Positions 26,597-35,854 of a stretch of 41,238 nucleotides of DNA are shown here, piece after piece. The DNA is from Rubrobacter sp. Lineage in GTDB: Bacteria; Actinomycetota; Rubrobacteria; Rubrobacterales; Rubrobacteraceae. The notes beneath the pieces were generated by a model. The model searched no databases. It was not told the origin of the DNA and was given only the letters and a program-made list of their open reading frames with translations. Position numbers and translations under genes: made by a program. The DNA lies in the NCBI GenBank assembly GCA_036519935.1, contig DATDKO010000129.1, positions 1-41,238 of the forward strand, in the 5' to 3' direction. Within the stretch, counting starts at the first letter, position 1. Each line of letters begins with the position of its first letter.

Positions 26597-27310
26597 ATGA
26601 TCAACCACTACACCGAGCCCTTTGCGCCTGCCGCAGGTCAGCTACATCTTCGCCTCGAAGATTTTGAGAGGGCGGACATCCGGGTGGCCGAACGGCATTT
26701 CGTACCCAAGGACATCATCTACGCCCCAGGCGATCCCGATGGCCAGCTTCACTTCTTGCTCGGGGGCACGGTGCGCCTGTACAAGATCTACGGCGAATAC
26801 AAGGAAGCCACGGTCGCGCTGTTGACGGACGGGGACGTCTTCGGTGAACTTAGCCTCGAGGAGAACTCCTGCCAAAATGCCTTCGCCGAGGCGGTCACCG
26901 ACGCCCGGGTGGCGGTGGTGCGGAAGTCTGTCCTCAAGGAGGTCATAAAGCGACGCCCGGAGTTTGCCCTGAAGCTGTTCTCCTCCTTCTCCGAGCGCCT
27001 TAGGCAGTCCGAGGAGACGATCGATAGTCTCCTGGACAGGGAGGTATCGGCGCGTCTGGCCACGTTACTCTTGCACCTGGGCGACCGCTTCGGGGAGCCC
27101 TACGGCTCGGACACGGTTCTCAAGATGCGCCTCACACACCAGGATCTGGCGAACATGATCTTCTCCACCCGGGAGGCCGTCTCCAAGGAGATGAGCGAGT
27201 TTCAGCGCGCCGATCTCATCGAGGTACGGAACCGCAGGATATCCGTTACCCCGCAGCTGGCGAAAAGACGACCTAGCGAGTCTCTCTCGAACCCGGGTGC
27301 AGCAGCATAA
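26597..27310 (+). CDS. Crp/Fnr family transcriptional regulator
   Basis: cNMP-binding-like domain (GTVRLYK, GDVFGE) and HTH LTHQDLANMIFSTREAVSK; RBS GAGGAG. Confidence 0.9.
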   Translation: MINHYTEPFAPAAGQLHLRLEDFERADIRVAERHFVPKDIIYAPGDPDGQLHFLLGGTVRLYKIYGEYKEATVALLTDGDVFGELSLEENSCQNAFAEAVTDARVAVVRKSVLKEVIKRRPEFALKLFSSFSERLRQSEETIDSLLDREVSARLATLLLHLGDRFGEPYGSDTVLKMRLTHQDLANMIFSTREAVSKEMSEFQRADLIEVRNRRISVTPQLAKRRPSESLSNPGAAA

Positions 27311-27532
27311 ACTTCAAAGCGTCATGGGGTGAGCGCAATGTGCGAGCAAGGCGACGTGTGAGACACAAACATATGGGAGCCAGGCCTTCTCCTTGTTTCT
27401 TCGTCCCTGTGCATCATGCGCACGGTGGTCATCCACGCATCCGCTCATCCCGCAGCCGCGCCTTCGGGTTTCAGCGTTCGGCTCCTGCTGTCGATGGCGG
27501 CAGGCACAAATACTCGGATACTCACTGCTGAC

Positions 27533-27979
27533 TCACTCGGGGGCGAGGCCTTTCCTACGCAGTTCTTCGAGCGCCTTCTCCGACTTCTTCAAACTCTCGT
27601 AGCCCATGCCCTTGAGTATCTCGGGGGCTTTGGTGAACTGGATCTCCGAGTAGTCAACGACCTGCCATTGGTTGCCCCAAGGGTCGAGGAAGTCAAGGCC
27701 TCTGCCAGGCATGATCTCTACCCCCATCTCCTTGAGCGCCCGCCGGACCACCCTCCTGTCGTCTACCACCATCCCGATGTGCCTGTGTTCGTCGGGGGAG
27801 CTGTTCTCGCCCTCGGCGAGCGCGATGAACTGGTCTCCTGCGTCTATGAACGCCATTCTGGGTCCGCGACCCCGCAACTCGATCTCGAAGAGGCGTCCGT
27901 AGAACTCGAGCGCGTCCTCTATGTTCCCGACCTCGATAGCGACGTGGTTGAACCCGATGAGCTTCGCGCGATCGTCCAT
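27533..27979 (-). CDS. VOC/glyoxalase family protein
   Basis: NHVAIEV...ALEFY, HIGMVVD, FLDPWGN. Confidence 0.88.
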   Translation of the reverse strand: MDDRAKLIGFNHVAIEVGNIEDALEFYGRLFEIELRGRGPRMAFIDAGDQFIALAEGENSSPDEHRHIGMVVDDRRVVRRALKEMGVEIMPGRGLDFLDPWGNQWQVVDYSEIQFTKAPEILKGMGYESLKKSEKALEELRRKGLAPE

Positions 27980-28185
27980 CACGCCATTATCTACTCGTCA
28001 GGGTCATCCCGCTACCCCGCAAGCGCCGTGGGCGCTCTCCGGAACGGCGGGTATCTATGGTATTTGTTTCCAGGTTCTAACCACGTCTATGCAGAGCTTT
28101 CTGCCCGAGGATCTCGGGTCGTAGCGTCAATCTAGATCTCGCCCGGCTTTCACGTGTCACCGGTCAACAATCTCCTTCCCGCTGG

Positions 28186-29109
28186 CTACCCTCCGAGTTG
28201 TGGAAGGACCGAGTGCGCCATGGCCTCGAGGGCGTCTATGTCGTCTACCTCCAGCCACTGCAGCATTACCCGCTGCACGCCGGCCTCGGAGAGATGTCCG
28301 AGCCGCTCGACGATCTCACCCGGCGTCCCAGCGAGAACCGCAGCGGGGAGGTGGTCCCGCAATTCCCCATCGAGTCTGCGGTCTACGTCGGCATCTGTGC
28401 GACCGAAGACGACGCGCGTCATCAGGGTTCTGCGTACCTCTTCGGGCGCCCTCCCCGCCTCGCGCACCAATTCGTCGAGCCTGGCGCTTAGATCCACGAA
28501 GGCTTCCGCCTTCAGGAAGACGGCGTTCCACTCATCCGCGTAGCGGGCAGCCAGCGGCAGCGTCCTCCGCACGCCGTTGCCCCCGACGACCACAGGCGTC
28601 CCTCCTGGCCGCGGCGAGCGCGGCACGAGCAGGGCGTCGTTCAGCCCGTAGAACTCGCCGTCGAAAGACACAGGCTCATCGTTGCGGAGCAGTCTGGTCA
28701 CGACCTCGAGCCCCTCCTCGAAGCGGGCGAAGCGACGGTCTGTGTCGAGCACGTCGAAGCCGAAGGTCACGTGTTCCCATTCATTCCAGCCAGCGCCAAG
28801 GCCGAGCTGGAGGCGTCCGCCGGCCAGGTTGTCCACGGAGGAGGCCTGCCAGGCCGTAATGACGGGATGCCGGAACGAGACGGGCGAGACCAGAGGCCCG
28901 AACTCTATACGGCTGGTTTTCTCCGCCAGCCACGTGAGCGAAGACCACAGCTCCAGGCCATCCCTGTAGATACCCGTCCGTTTGTTGGGGAAGTGGTCTG
29001 AGCGGTAGAGGCCAGCGTAGCCGAGATCCTCGACCGCCAGGGCCAGCCGTCGCCAGCGGTCCCAGCCAACACCCTCCTGCCCCTCGACCATGATCGCGAC
29101 TTCCAGCAC
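28186..29109 (-). CDS. LLM-class (probably F420-dependent) oxidoreductase
   Basis: YRSDHF, LVSPVSFRHP, GRLQLGLGAGW, GGNG, AARYADEWN. Confidence 0.88.
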   Translation of the reverse strand: MLEVAIMVEGQEGVGWDRWRRLALAVEDLGYAGLYRSDHFPNKRTGIYRDGLELWSSLTWLAEKTSRIEFGPLVSPVSFRHPVITAWQASSVDNLAGGRLQLGLGAGWNEWEHVTFGFDVLDTDRRFARFEEGLEVVTRLLRNDEPVSFDGEFYGLNDALLVPRSPRPGGTPVVVGGNGVRRTLPLAARYADEWNAVFLKAEAFVDLSARLDELVREAGRAPEEVRRTLMTRVVFGRTDADVDRRLDGELRDHLPAAVLAGTPGEIVERLGHLSEAGVQRVMLQWLEVDDIDALEAMAHSVLPQLGG

Positions 29110-29220
29110 TGAACCCTCCTCTTCGGACGTCGAGTCATCGTAGCGCCGGGCTGCTACCAGGGCAAAACATTCGCCTAGTGCGGCAACTCTTGCGCCAATG
29201 GAGCTTTCGTTCGAGTAGCT

Positions 29221-29808
29221 CTACTGCACGGTCGGAAAATAATCCTGGCGAGAACTCTCGAACTCCTCTAGCTCGTCTTCGTGCGTTAGCGTGAGGCTTA
29301 TGTCGTCGAGGCCCTCCATGATGCGCCGGCGGGTGAAATCGTCTATCTCGAAGGTCTCGTGGACGTTGGGGGCGGTGACGGTGAGCTCGTCGAGTTCGAT
29401 GGTGATCACGGTCTCAGGGTCTTCCCTGACGGCTCGAAGAAGGTTCTCGACGGTCTCCTCTGGCAGGTCGATGGCGAGGAGGCCGTTCTTGGTTGAGTTG
29501 TTCCTGAAGATGTCAGCGAATGAGGGGGCAATCACCGCGCCGAAACCGTGATCCTGTATCGCCCAGACCGCGTGCTCGCGGCTGGAACCGGAGCCGAAGT
29601 TCTCGCCCGCGATAAGTATCACGGCGTCCTTATGCTCGGCCCTGTGCATTATGAAGTCCTCGTCCTCGCGCCAGCCGGAGAACAGGAACTGACCGAAGCC
29701 GGTGCGCTCGATGCGCTTGAGGGCATCGCTAGGGACGATCTGGTCCGTGTCCACGTCCGAGTATCCGAGGGGAAGCGCCGTACCAGAGATGCGCTCGACA
29801 GGCTCCAC
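29221..29808 (-). CDS. leuD: 3-isopropylmalate dehydratase small subunit
   Basis: DVDTDQI, NFGSGSSREHAVWA, SFADIF.NN..KNG; the GTG overlaps the leuC stop. Confidence 0.95.
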   Translation of the reverse strand: MEPVERISGTALPLGYSDVDTDQIVPSDALKRIERTGFGQFLFSGWREDEDFIMHRAEHKDAVILIAGENFGSGSSREHAVWAIQDHGFGAVIAPSFADIFRNNSTKNGLLAIDLPEETVENLLRAVREDPETVITIELDELTVTAPNVHETFEIDDFTRRRIMEGLDDISLTLTHEDELEEFESSRQDYFPTVQ

Positions 29809-31211
29809 TAGCCAACCTCCAATGGTACGCCGAGCTCCGAAGGCGAGGCGAACCTGCCCATTACGGCCGTCGCAGCGGCCACTACGGGGCTGACCAGGTG
29901 TGTCCTGCCGCCCTTGCCCTGCCGTCCCTCGAAGTTGCGGTTTGAGGTTGAGGCGCAGCGCTCGCCGGGCTGCAGTATGTCGGGGTTCATGCCGAGGCAC
30001 ATCGAGCACCCCGCGTTGCGCCAGTCGAAGCCGGCCTCAGTGAAGATGTCAGCGAGTCCCTCATCCTCGGCTTGCTTCTTTACGCGCATAGAACCAGGGA
30101 CGACCATCGCCCTTATGCCTTCCTTGACCTTGTGGCCTTCCAGGACGCCGGCGGCGGCGCGCAGATCCTCGATGCGGGCGTTGGTACACGACCCGAGGAA
30201 GACGGTGTCTACTTCTATTTCCCGGATGGGGGTGCCCGGTTGGAGCGCCATGTACTTGAGCGCCCTCTCGTGGCCATCGTTCTGCGGCTCGGGGACCTCG
30301 CCGTCGAGCGGAACGGTCTGCGCCGGGGTCGTGCCCCAGGAGACGTAGGGAACCAGATCCTGGGCCTGGATCACGACCTCCTTGTCGAACTCGGCGCCCT
30401 CGTCGGTCGGGAGTCTCTTCCACTCCTCGACAGCCCGCTCCCAAGCTTCGCCCTTTGGGGCATACTCCCTGCCTTCGAGGTACTCGAAGGTCGTCTCGTC
30501 CGGCGCCACGAGGCCTGCCCTGGCCCCGCCCTCGATGGACATGTTGCACACGGTCATGCGACCCTCCATCGAGAGGTGCCTGATGGCCTCACCCCTGTAC
30601 TCTATGACATGCCCCACCCCGCCCCCCGTCCCGATGCGGTTCAGGATGCCGAGCATGAGGTCCTTGGCCGTGACGTCCGCGGGAAGCTCGCCCTCCACGG
30701 TGACGGCCATGGTCTTCGGCCTGTTCTGGGTGAGCGTCTGGGTGGCGAGGACGTGCTCGACCTCGCTCGTCCCGATGCCGAAAGCGAGCGCGCCGAAAGC
30801 ACCATGGGTGGCCGTGTGGGAGTCGCCGCAGACGATCACGAGCCCGGGCTGGGTGAGCCCCGTCTCGGGCCCGATAATGTGCACGATACCCTGGCCGATG
30901 GAGCCCCACTCGTTGAGCTTGATGCCGAACTCCTCGCAGTTGCTCCTCAAAGCCTCCATCTGTTTTGCCGAGACCTTGTCTTCGATGGGCATGCCGAACT
31001 CCGAGGTCGGGACGTTGTGGTCCATCGTCGCCAGGGTCAGGTCAGGACGGCGCACCCCCCTCCCGGCGAGCCTGAGGCCCTCGAAAGCCTGGGGGCTCGT
31101 CACCTCGTGAACCAGGTGCAGGTCAACGTAGATGAGGTCGGGCTCCCCCTCGGCGCTCCGCACCACATGCTTCTCCCACACCTTCTCTACCAACGTCTTC
31201 AGCCTATCCAT
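29808..31211 (-). CDS. leuC: 3-isopropylmalate dehydratase large subunit
   Basis: [45 protein letters not shown]. Confidence 0.97.
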   Translation of the reverse strand: MDRLKTLVEKVWEKHVVRSAEGEPDLIYVDLHLVHEVTSPQAFEGLRLAGRGVRRPDLTLATMDHNVPTSEFGMPIEDKVSAKQMEALRSNCEEFGIKLNEWGSIGQGIVHIIGPETGLTQPGLVIVCGDSHTATHGAFGALAFGIGTSEVEHVLATQTLTQNRPKTMAVTVEGELPADVTAKDLMLGILNRIGTGGGVGHVIEYRGEAIRHLSMEGRMTVCNMSIEGGARAGLVAPDETTFEYLEGREYAPKGEAWERAVEEWKRLPTDEGAEFDKEVVIQAQDLVPYVSWGTTPAQTVPLDGEVPEPQNDGHERALKYMALQPGTPIREIEVDTVFLGSCTNARIEDLRAAAGVLEGHKVKEGIRAMVVPGSMRVKKQAEDEGLADIFTEAGFDWRNAGCSMCLGMNPDILQPGERCASTSNRNFEGRQGKGGRTHLVSPVVAAATAVMGRFASPSELGVPLEVG

Positions 31212-31926
31212 CAGCGTCCTTCCAGTTCTCCGAGTTCTCGTTTCCCTTTCTACCATTGTAGACCGCGAACCTGTGATCTTTGTACCTACAGCCGATCCCC
31301 TCGAAACCGGCCTCCCCGAGCCAGAGGAACTGCGCCCCAAGCGTCGCGTTTCTGTCGGCCCTCATGCGCGAGAGCGCGGCGGCCAGATCCTCTTCCGAGA
31401 CCCCTGCCTCGCGTACCCGCCGCAGCCACCACTCCCTGTAGAGCGCTTTCTCCTCGGATGTCTCGCCGGAGATTTGATCCGCGTTGACGAAATAGCCGCC
31501 TCCGGCAAGTGTATGGTGGACTTTTTCGAACAGCTCCCTCTTGTCGCCATGCGTGAGATGGTGGACCGAGAGCGCCGAAACCACGAGGTCGTAACCTCCT
31601 TCTGTTCGGGGCAAAGGCTTGCGTGCATAATCCATTGTCCGAAACTCGAAACGGCCCTGTTCCCCCGCGAAGCGCCGGCGCGCCACCCTGAGCATCTCCA
31701 CTGAGAGGTCCACGAGCGTCACCCGCGCCCGCGGAAACTTCCTGGCAACCACCGCGCTGAGGAGTCCCGTCCCGGCCCCAAGGTCTAGCCCCCGAATCTC
31801 CTGTTCTTCTCGGAAAGGGATGCTCTCCAGCACGGCCCCGTAGAAGCGGTCGAAACCAGGCACGAGCTGCCGCCTGGCCCTGTCGTAGTCCCACGCAGCC
31901 TGCCCGAATAGTGCCCCGACCGTCAC
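31204..31926 (-). CDS. Class I SAM-dependent methyltransferase
   Basis: LDLGAGTG motif [19 protein letters not shown]; overlaps both neighbours. Confidence 0.88.
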   Translation of the reverse strand: MTVGALFGQAAWDYDRARRQLVPGFDRFYGAVLESIPFREEQEIRGLDLGAGTGLLSAVVARKFPRARVTLVDLSVEMLRVARRRFAGEQGRFEFRTMDYARKPLPRTEGGYDLVVSALSVHHLTHGDKRELFEKVHHTLAGGGYFVNADQISGETSEEKALYREWWLRRVREAGVSEEDLAAALSRMRADRNATLGAQFLWLGEAGFEGIGCRYKDHRFAVYNGRKGNENSENWKDADG

Positions 31927-32705
31927 CCCGACCTCCTCGCCCTCATGTTCAAGCGGACGTAATCCAGGGCAGGCCTGCCCTCCTCCGCAGCCACCTTCTC
32001 CGCCACCGCTGCAGCGAAGGACCCCCGCTCCTCCTCGGGCAGCTCCTCCAGGTGCCCGCCCAGCACGACCGTCCCGAGGAAGCAGGCGAGCTCGTCCACC
32101 GAATCGAACGGCGCGAACTCATCGTGCAGCCAGGTCTCGACCTCCTCGAAGCCCGCGGCCTCAAGACGTCTCGCCGTGGTCCTCGCGTCGGCGTAGTACT
32201 TGTCGTCCTCCCAGCCCACGAAATATTCCAAAAAGCGCTCCTCTTCCATCGTCTCCTTCGTCGCCCTCGTGGCGCGGGAGATGTTACCCTCGCCCCCGCA
32301 CTGGGCGACGAGGCGCCCACCAGGCTTTATAGCCCGCGCCAGATTCTCGAAGAGGCGGTCATGGTCCCATATCCAGTGGAACGTTGCTGTGGAGAAGATC
32401 AGATCCACACGCTCCTCGACCTCGAGCGACAACAGATCCTGGCACTCCACCCGTACCCGCGGCTCTCCCGCAAACCGCCTCCTCGCCGCCTCGACCATCG
32501 CCCGAGAACCGTCTATAGCCAGCACAGACCCCTCGGGCAACTTCGCGAGCAATAGCTCAGTCACCCGCCCGGTCCCGCAACCCGCGTCTAACGCGGCCTC
32601 GTCCCCACGCACGTCCACACGCTCGAGGACCTCGACCCCCCAACGGGTCTGCGGCGCGGAGAGCTTCTCATACTCACCTGCGTCCCACTCGCGAGCCAGG
32701 ATCAC
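31923..32705 (-). CDS. Trans-aconitate 2-methyltransferase-like SAM methyltransferase
   Basis: WDA..Y N-terminus, LDAGCGTG, FSTATFHW, LKPGG-like motif, C-terminal YVRL. Confidence 0.8.
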   Translation of the reverse strand: MILAREWDAGEYEKLSAPQTRWGVEVLERVDVRGDEAALDAGCGTGRVTELLLAKLPEGSVLAIDGSRAMVEAARRRFAGEPRVRVECQDLLSLEVEERVDLIFSTATFHWIWDHDRLFENLARAIKPGGRLVAQCGGEGNISRATRATKETMEEERFLEYFVGWEDDKYYADARTTARRLEAAGFEEVETWLHDEFAPFDSVDELACFLGTVVLGGHLEELPEEERGSFAAAVAEKVAAEEGRPALDYVRLNMRARRSG

Positions 32706-32711
32706 ACCTTC

Positions 32712-32740
32712 TTGCTTTGTCTCAAAATGTGAGACATAAT
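32712..32740 (+). promoter_or_regulatory. iclR promoter with a palindromic operator between divergent genes
   Basis: TTGCTT, 17 bp, CATAAT; the palindrome TGTCTCA-aaatg-TGAGACA (32718-32736) fills the spacer. Confidence 0.7.
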
Positions 32741-32749
32741 GACCGACAT

Positions 32750-33466
32750 ATGGATAGTATAGAAGTCGTTTCCTCCGGAAGCAAGAGCGGGGTCGGGGTG
32801 TTGGACAAGTCTGTGGCTATCCTGACTTTCCTCTCTGGGGATGGCCCGGCGTCCCTGGCTGAGGTGGTCGAGGGGACCGGGTTACCCCGTCCCACGGCGC
32901 ACAGGCTCCTATCGGCGCTGGAGACGCACCATCTCGTATCGCGGCGGGATGGACGATACGTACTTGGCTTGAGGCTACTCGGGTGGGGGAACATGGCTGC
33001 TGGGGTGGGCCTCGTGGAGCGGGCGCGTCCTGTGCTGGAGAGGTTGCGGGATGAGAGTGGGGAGAGTACGCAGCTCTATGTGCGGGAGGGCGAGCAGAGG
33101 GTGTGCGTAGCCGCTGTGGAGCGGGTGACCGGTCTGAGAGACACCGTACCCGTAGGGGCTGTCATGCCGCTCTCGCGGGGGTCTGCGGGGAAGGTCTTGC
33201 TGGCCTGGGCGCCTGGAGGGGTCGATGGCAGGCCTGATGCGGCCCGGTTGCGTGGGATCCGGGTCAGGGGCTGGGCTGAGAGCGTGGCCGAGCGCGAAGT
33301 TGGGGTGGCCAGCGTCAGCGCGCCCGTATTCGGGGATGATGGGAGGCTCAGGGCGGCGGTAAGCGTTAGCGGTCCGATCTCACGCCTTGGGGAGAGTCCG
33401 GGCCAGCGGCTTTCCAGGCTGATCGTAGGAGCGGCGAGGGAGATAGAGAAGGCCATGGGTTCATAG
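32750..33466 (+). CDS. IclR family regulator (NdgR/LtbR-like, divergent from leuCD)
   Basis: SGVGVLDKS...GLPRPTAHRLL HTH; GLRDTVPVG, GSAGKVLLAW, SVAERE.GVASVSAP; synteny with leuCD typical of actinobacteria. Confidence 0.92.
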   Translation: MDSIEVVSSGSKSGVGVLDKSVAILTFLSGDGPASLAEVVEGTGLPRPTAHRLLSALETHHLVSRRDGRYVLGLRLLGWGNMAAGVGLVERARPVLERLRDESGESTQLYVREGEQRVCVAAVERVTGLRDTVPVGAVMPLSRGSAGKVLLAWAPGGVDGRPDAARLRGIRVRGWAESVAEREVGVASVSAPVFGDDGRLRAAVSVSGPISRLGESPGQRLSRLIVGAAREIEKAMGS

Positions 33467-33494
33467 CTCGGCCTCAGGCTTGAATGCTCGCTCT

Positions 33495-33740
33495 CTAAGC
33501 AACTCGACTTTCGTAGGGCCTATCCAGGGTCGATTCTTTCGAGGCGTCGAGGGCTGCCTTCTCGAAGGTGATGGTGGCGCTCCGGTCTTCGAACCTTAGG
33601 GTGGCGATCTGGTTGTCGAAGAGGGCGGGGTCTTGGATCAGGCCTACCATCGCCGCGAAGGTGTCGTGGAAAGAAGCCCAGTGGTCGAGGTCCTGGGAGC
33701 ACCTCAAGCACTCTGCCCAGCCACCGGAGCTAGAGAACTC
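33495..33740 (-). pseudogene. Degraded C-terminal remnant, PhoD-like phosphatase-type (tentative)
   Basis: DLDHWASFHDTF and FDNQIATLRF...FEKA recall two normally separated C-terminal segments of actinobacterial PhoD-like proteins (from memory); no start context. Confidence 0.4.
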
Positions 33741-33946
33741 GAAAAATCAGGCAACGTGACACCGCCCAATGGGCGTTTTGGTAGTCGGAGCGGGAACCAG
33801 ATGTCACAGAGCTCTCCAGGAAGATGATTCATCTGGGGATGTACCGAGTCTCCTCGATAGTGTAGAGTGCCACTGCAATATAGCGGACATAGGAGGGGAT
33901 TATGCCGGAGGAGAGCAGAGTCGCGGGCCTCGCCCGGCGAGCAGAC

Positions 33947-34759
33947 ATGGAAGGCACCGTACGGCGCTTGCTGAGGCTCATCATTGTCGTGGTCCTTCTC
34001 GTGGGTGCGTCGCAGGGAACCACTCTCGCCGCGCCAACCTCGTGGGACTATGTGGCACTCGGCGACTCTCTGGCCACAGGCTACGGTGCGTTCAAGGGCT
34101 ACGTGCCCCGCTACGAAGCGCACATTGAGACCGACACTGGGGTAGCGGTCACACGCACAAACCTCGGCCAGAACGGATGGACCAGTTCCCAACTGCTCTC
34201 TGCCCTCCGCAACGATCCGACGTTCCGGCGCGCCACCCGCGAGGCGGAGATCGTCACCTGGAATATCGGCGGGAACGACCTCAGGGCAGCCCGCAAGTCT
34301 TACAAGAATGGGACCTGCGGTGGGCCCGACAACCAGGACTGCCTCCAGGCTGCCGTGGCGAAACTCGAGACCAACTGGGACGCCATCACGGCGGAGGTTC
34401 TCGAGTTGCGTTCGACCAGACCCACCATCGTGCGAACAATGGATATCTACAACCCCTACGTCAGGACCGACATAGTCTCCAACACCTGGCCGTACGACGG
34501 CAGGATGGGTGACATGAACGATTTCGAGGTTTTCAAGATCTATTTCGGCCAGGTCAACTCTCACATCGCCACCACCTCTAACACAAAGGGCGTACCCTAC
34601 GCCCAAGTGTATCTGGCCTTCAACGGGACGAACGGCGATGAGGATCCGAAATCCAAGGGTAATCTGAGTTTCGACGGAATTCATCCGAACAATACCGGAC
34701 ACAGGATCATAGCCGACGAGCTGCGGAAGCTGGGCTACGTCCCTAGCACGATCCCTTGA
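33947..34759 (+). CDS. Secreted SGNH/GDSL hydrolase
   Basis: Signal peptide, LGDSLA (block I), GGND (block III), DGIHP (block V). Confidence 0.9.
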   Translation: MEGTVRRLLRLIIVVVLLVGASQGTTLAAPTSWDYVALGDSLATGYGAFKGYVPRYEAHIETDTGVAVTRTNLGQNGWTSSQLLSALRNDPTFRRATREAEIVTWNIGGNDLRAARKSYKNGTCGGPDNQDCLQAAVAKLETNWDAITAEVLELRSTRPTIVRTMDIYNPYVRTDIVSNTWPYDGRMGDMNDFEVFKIYFGQVNSHIATTSNTKGVPYAQVYLAFNGTNGDEDPKSKGNLSFDGIHPNNTGHRIIADELRKLGYVPSTIP

Positions 34760-34857
34760 GATAGGTCTGGTTGCTCTAGATCTCCGGTAGATGGAGGTTG
34801 GGCCGGTACTGAGAAAGCGCCGGCCCAACTTCCTCCAAGTCCGTTAGAATAACGCTC

Positions 34858-35850
34858 ATGCAAAGCAAAGAGCGAGTATTCAGCGGGATACAGCCGAGCG
34901 GCAACTTGCATGTCGGCAACTATCTGGGGGCGCTCAAGAACTGGGTGGCGATGCAGGACGAATACGAGAACTACTTCTGCATCGTGGACTTGCACGCCAT
35001 TACCGTGCCTCAGGACCCGAAGGTGCTCAGGCAGAAGATCAGGGAGGTGGCAGCCATATACCTTGCCTCGGGCCTCGATCCTGAGCGGTGTGTAATCTTT
35101 CGCCAGAGCAAGGTCAGCGGGCATGCGGAGCTTTGCTGGCTGCTCAACAGTGTGGCGCGTTTTGGGGAGCTCTCGCGCATGACGCAGTTCAAGGACAAGA
35201 CGAGGAAGGGCGGGGTCGAATCGGCGAGCGCGGGTCTCTTCGACTACCCGGTGCTCCAGGCCGCTGACGTGCTCCTTTACAACGCGCACCTCGTCCCTGT
35301 GGGCGAAGATCAGCGCCAGCACCTCGAACTCATGCGGACGCTCGCCAGGAGGTTCAACCACCTCTACGGGGAGACCTTCGTCGTGCCTGAGGCCATGATC
35401 CCCCCGACTGGCGCAAGGGTGATGGCGCTCGACGCGCCCGAGGAGAAGATGAGCAAGAGTTCCCCGAGGCCGGGCAGTTACGTTGCTATACTCGACGATC
35501 CAGACTCTATTAGGAAGAAGATCCGGCGGGCCAAGACGGACTCTGGGACGGAGATCCTGGCCTCCCAGGACAAGCCGGCTATTACTAATTTGCTCGACGT
35601 CTACTCGGCGATGTCAGGCGAGCCCGTATCCGACATCGAAGCCGCCTACGAAGGCAAGGGCTACGGTGACCTCAAGAAGGATCTCGCCGAGGTCGTCGTA
35701 GAGGGTCTCGGGCCCGTCAGGGACCGTGCCCACGAGCTGCTCGACGACCCGGCGGAACTCGACCATCTGCTCGAGTCAGGCGCGAGGCGGGCGCAGGACG
35801 TCGCACTGCCTAACCTCGAGAGCGCCAGGGCAAAGCTGGGCCTCGATTAG
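34858..35850 (+). CDS. trpS: Tryptophan--tRNA ligase
   Basis: SGIQPSG.LHVGNY, YPVLQAAD, VPVGEDQ.QH, KMSKS. Confidence 0.97.
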   Translation: MQSKERVFSGIQPSGNLHVGNYLGALKNWVAMQDEYENYFCIVDLHAITVPQDPKVLRQKIREVAAIYLASGLDPERCVIFRQSKVSGHAELCWLLNSVARFGELSRMTQFKDKTRKGGVESASAGLFDYPVLQAADVLLYNAHLVPVGEDQRQHLELMRTLARRFNHLYGETFVVPEAMIPPTGARVMALDAPEEKMSKSSPRPGSYVAILDDPDSIRKKIRRAKTDSGTEILASQDKPAITNLLDVYSAMSGEPVSDIEAAYEGKGYGDLKKDLAEVVVEGLGPVRDRAHELLDDPAELDHLLESGARRAQDVALPNLESARAKLGLD

Positions 35851-35854
35851 CTGA

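Noticed and set aside
29809-30009. N-terminal extensions in the ORF track for leuD (and likewise leuC, GntR, GAF, isochorismatase, IclR and Crp)
   Set aside because: They overlap upstream genes or promoters; downstream starts with RBS or coupling fit the families better
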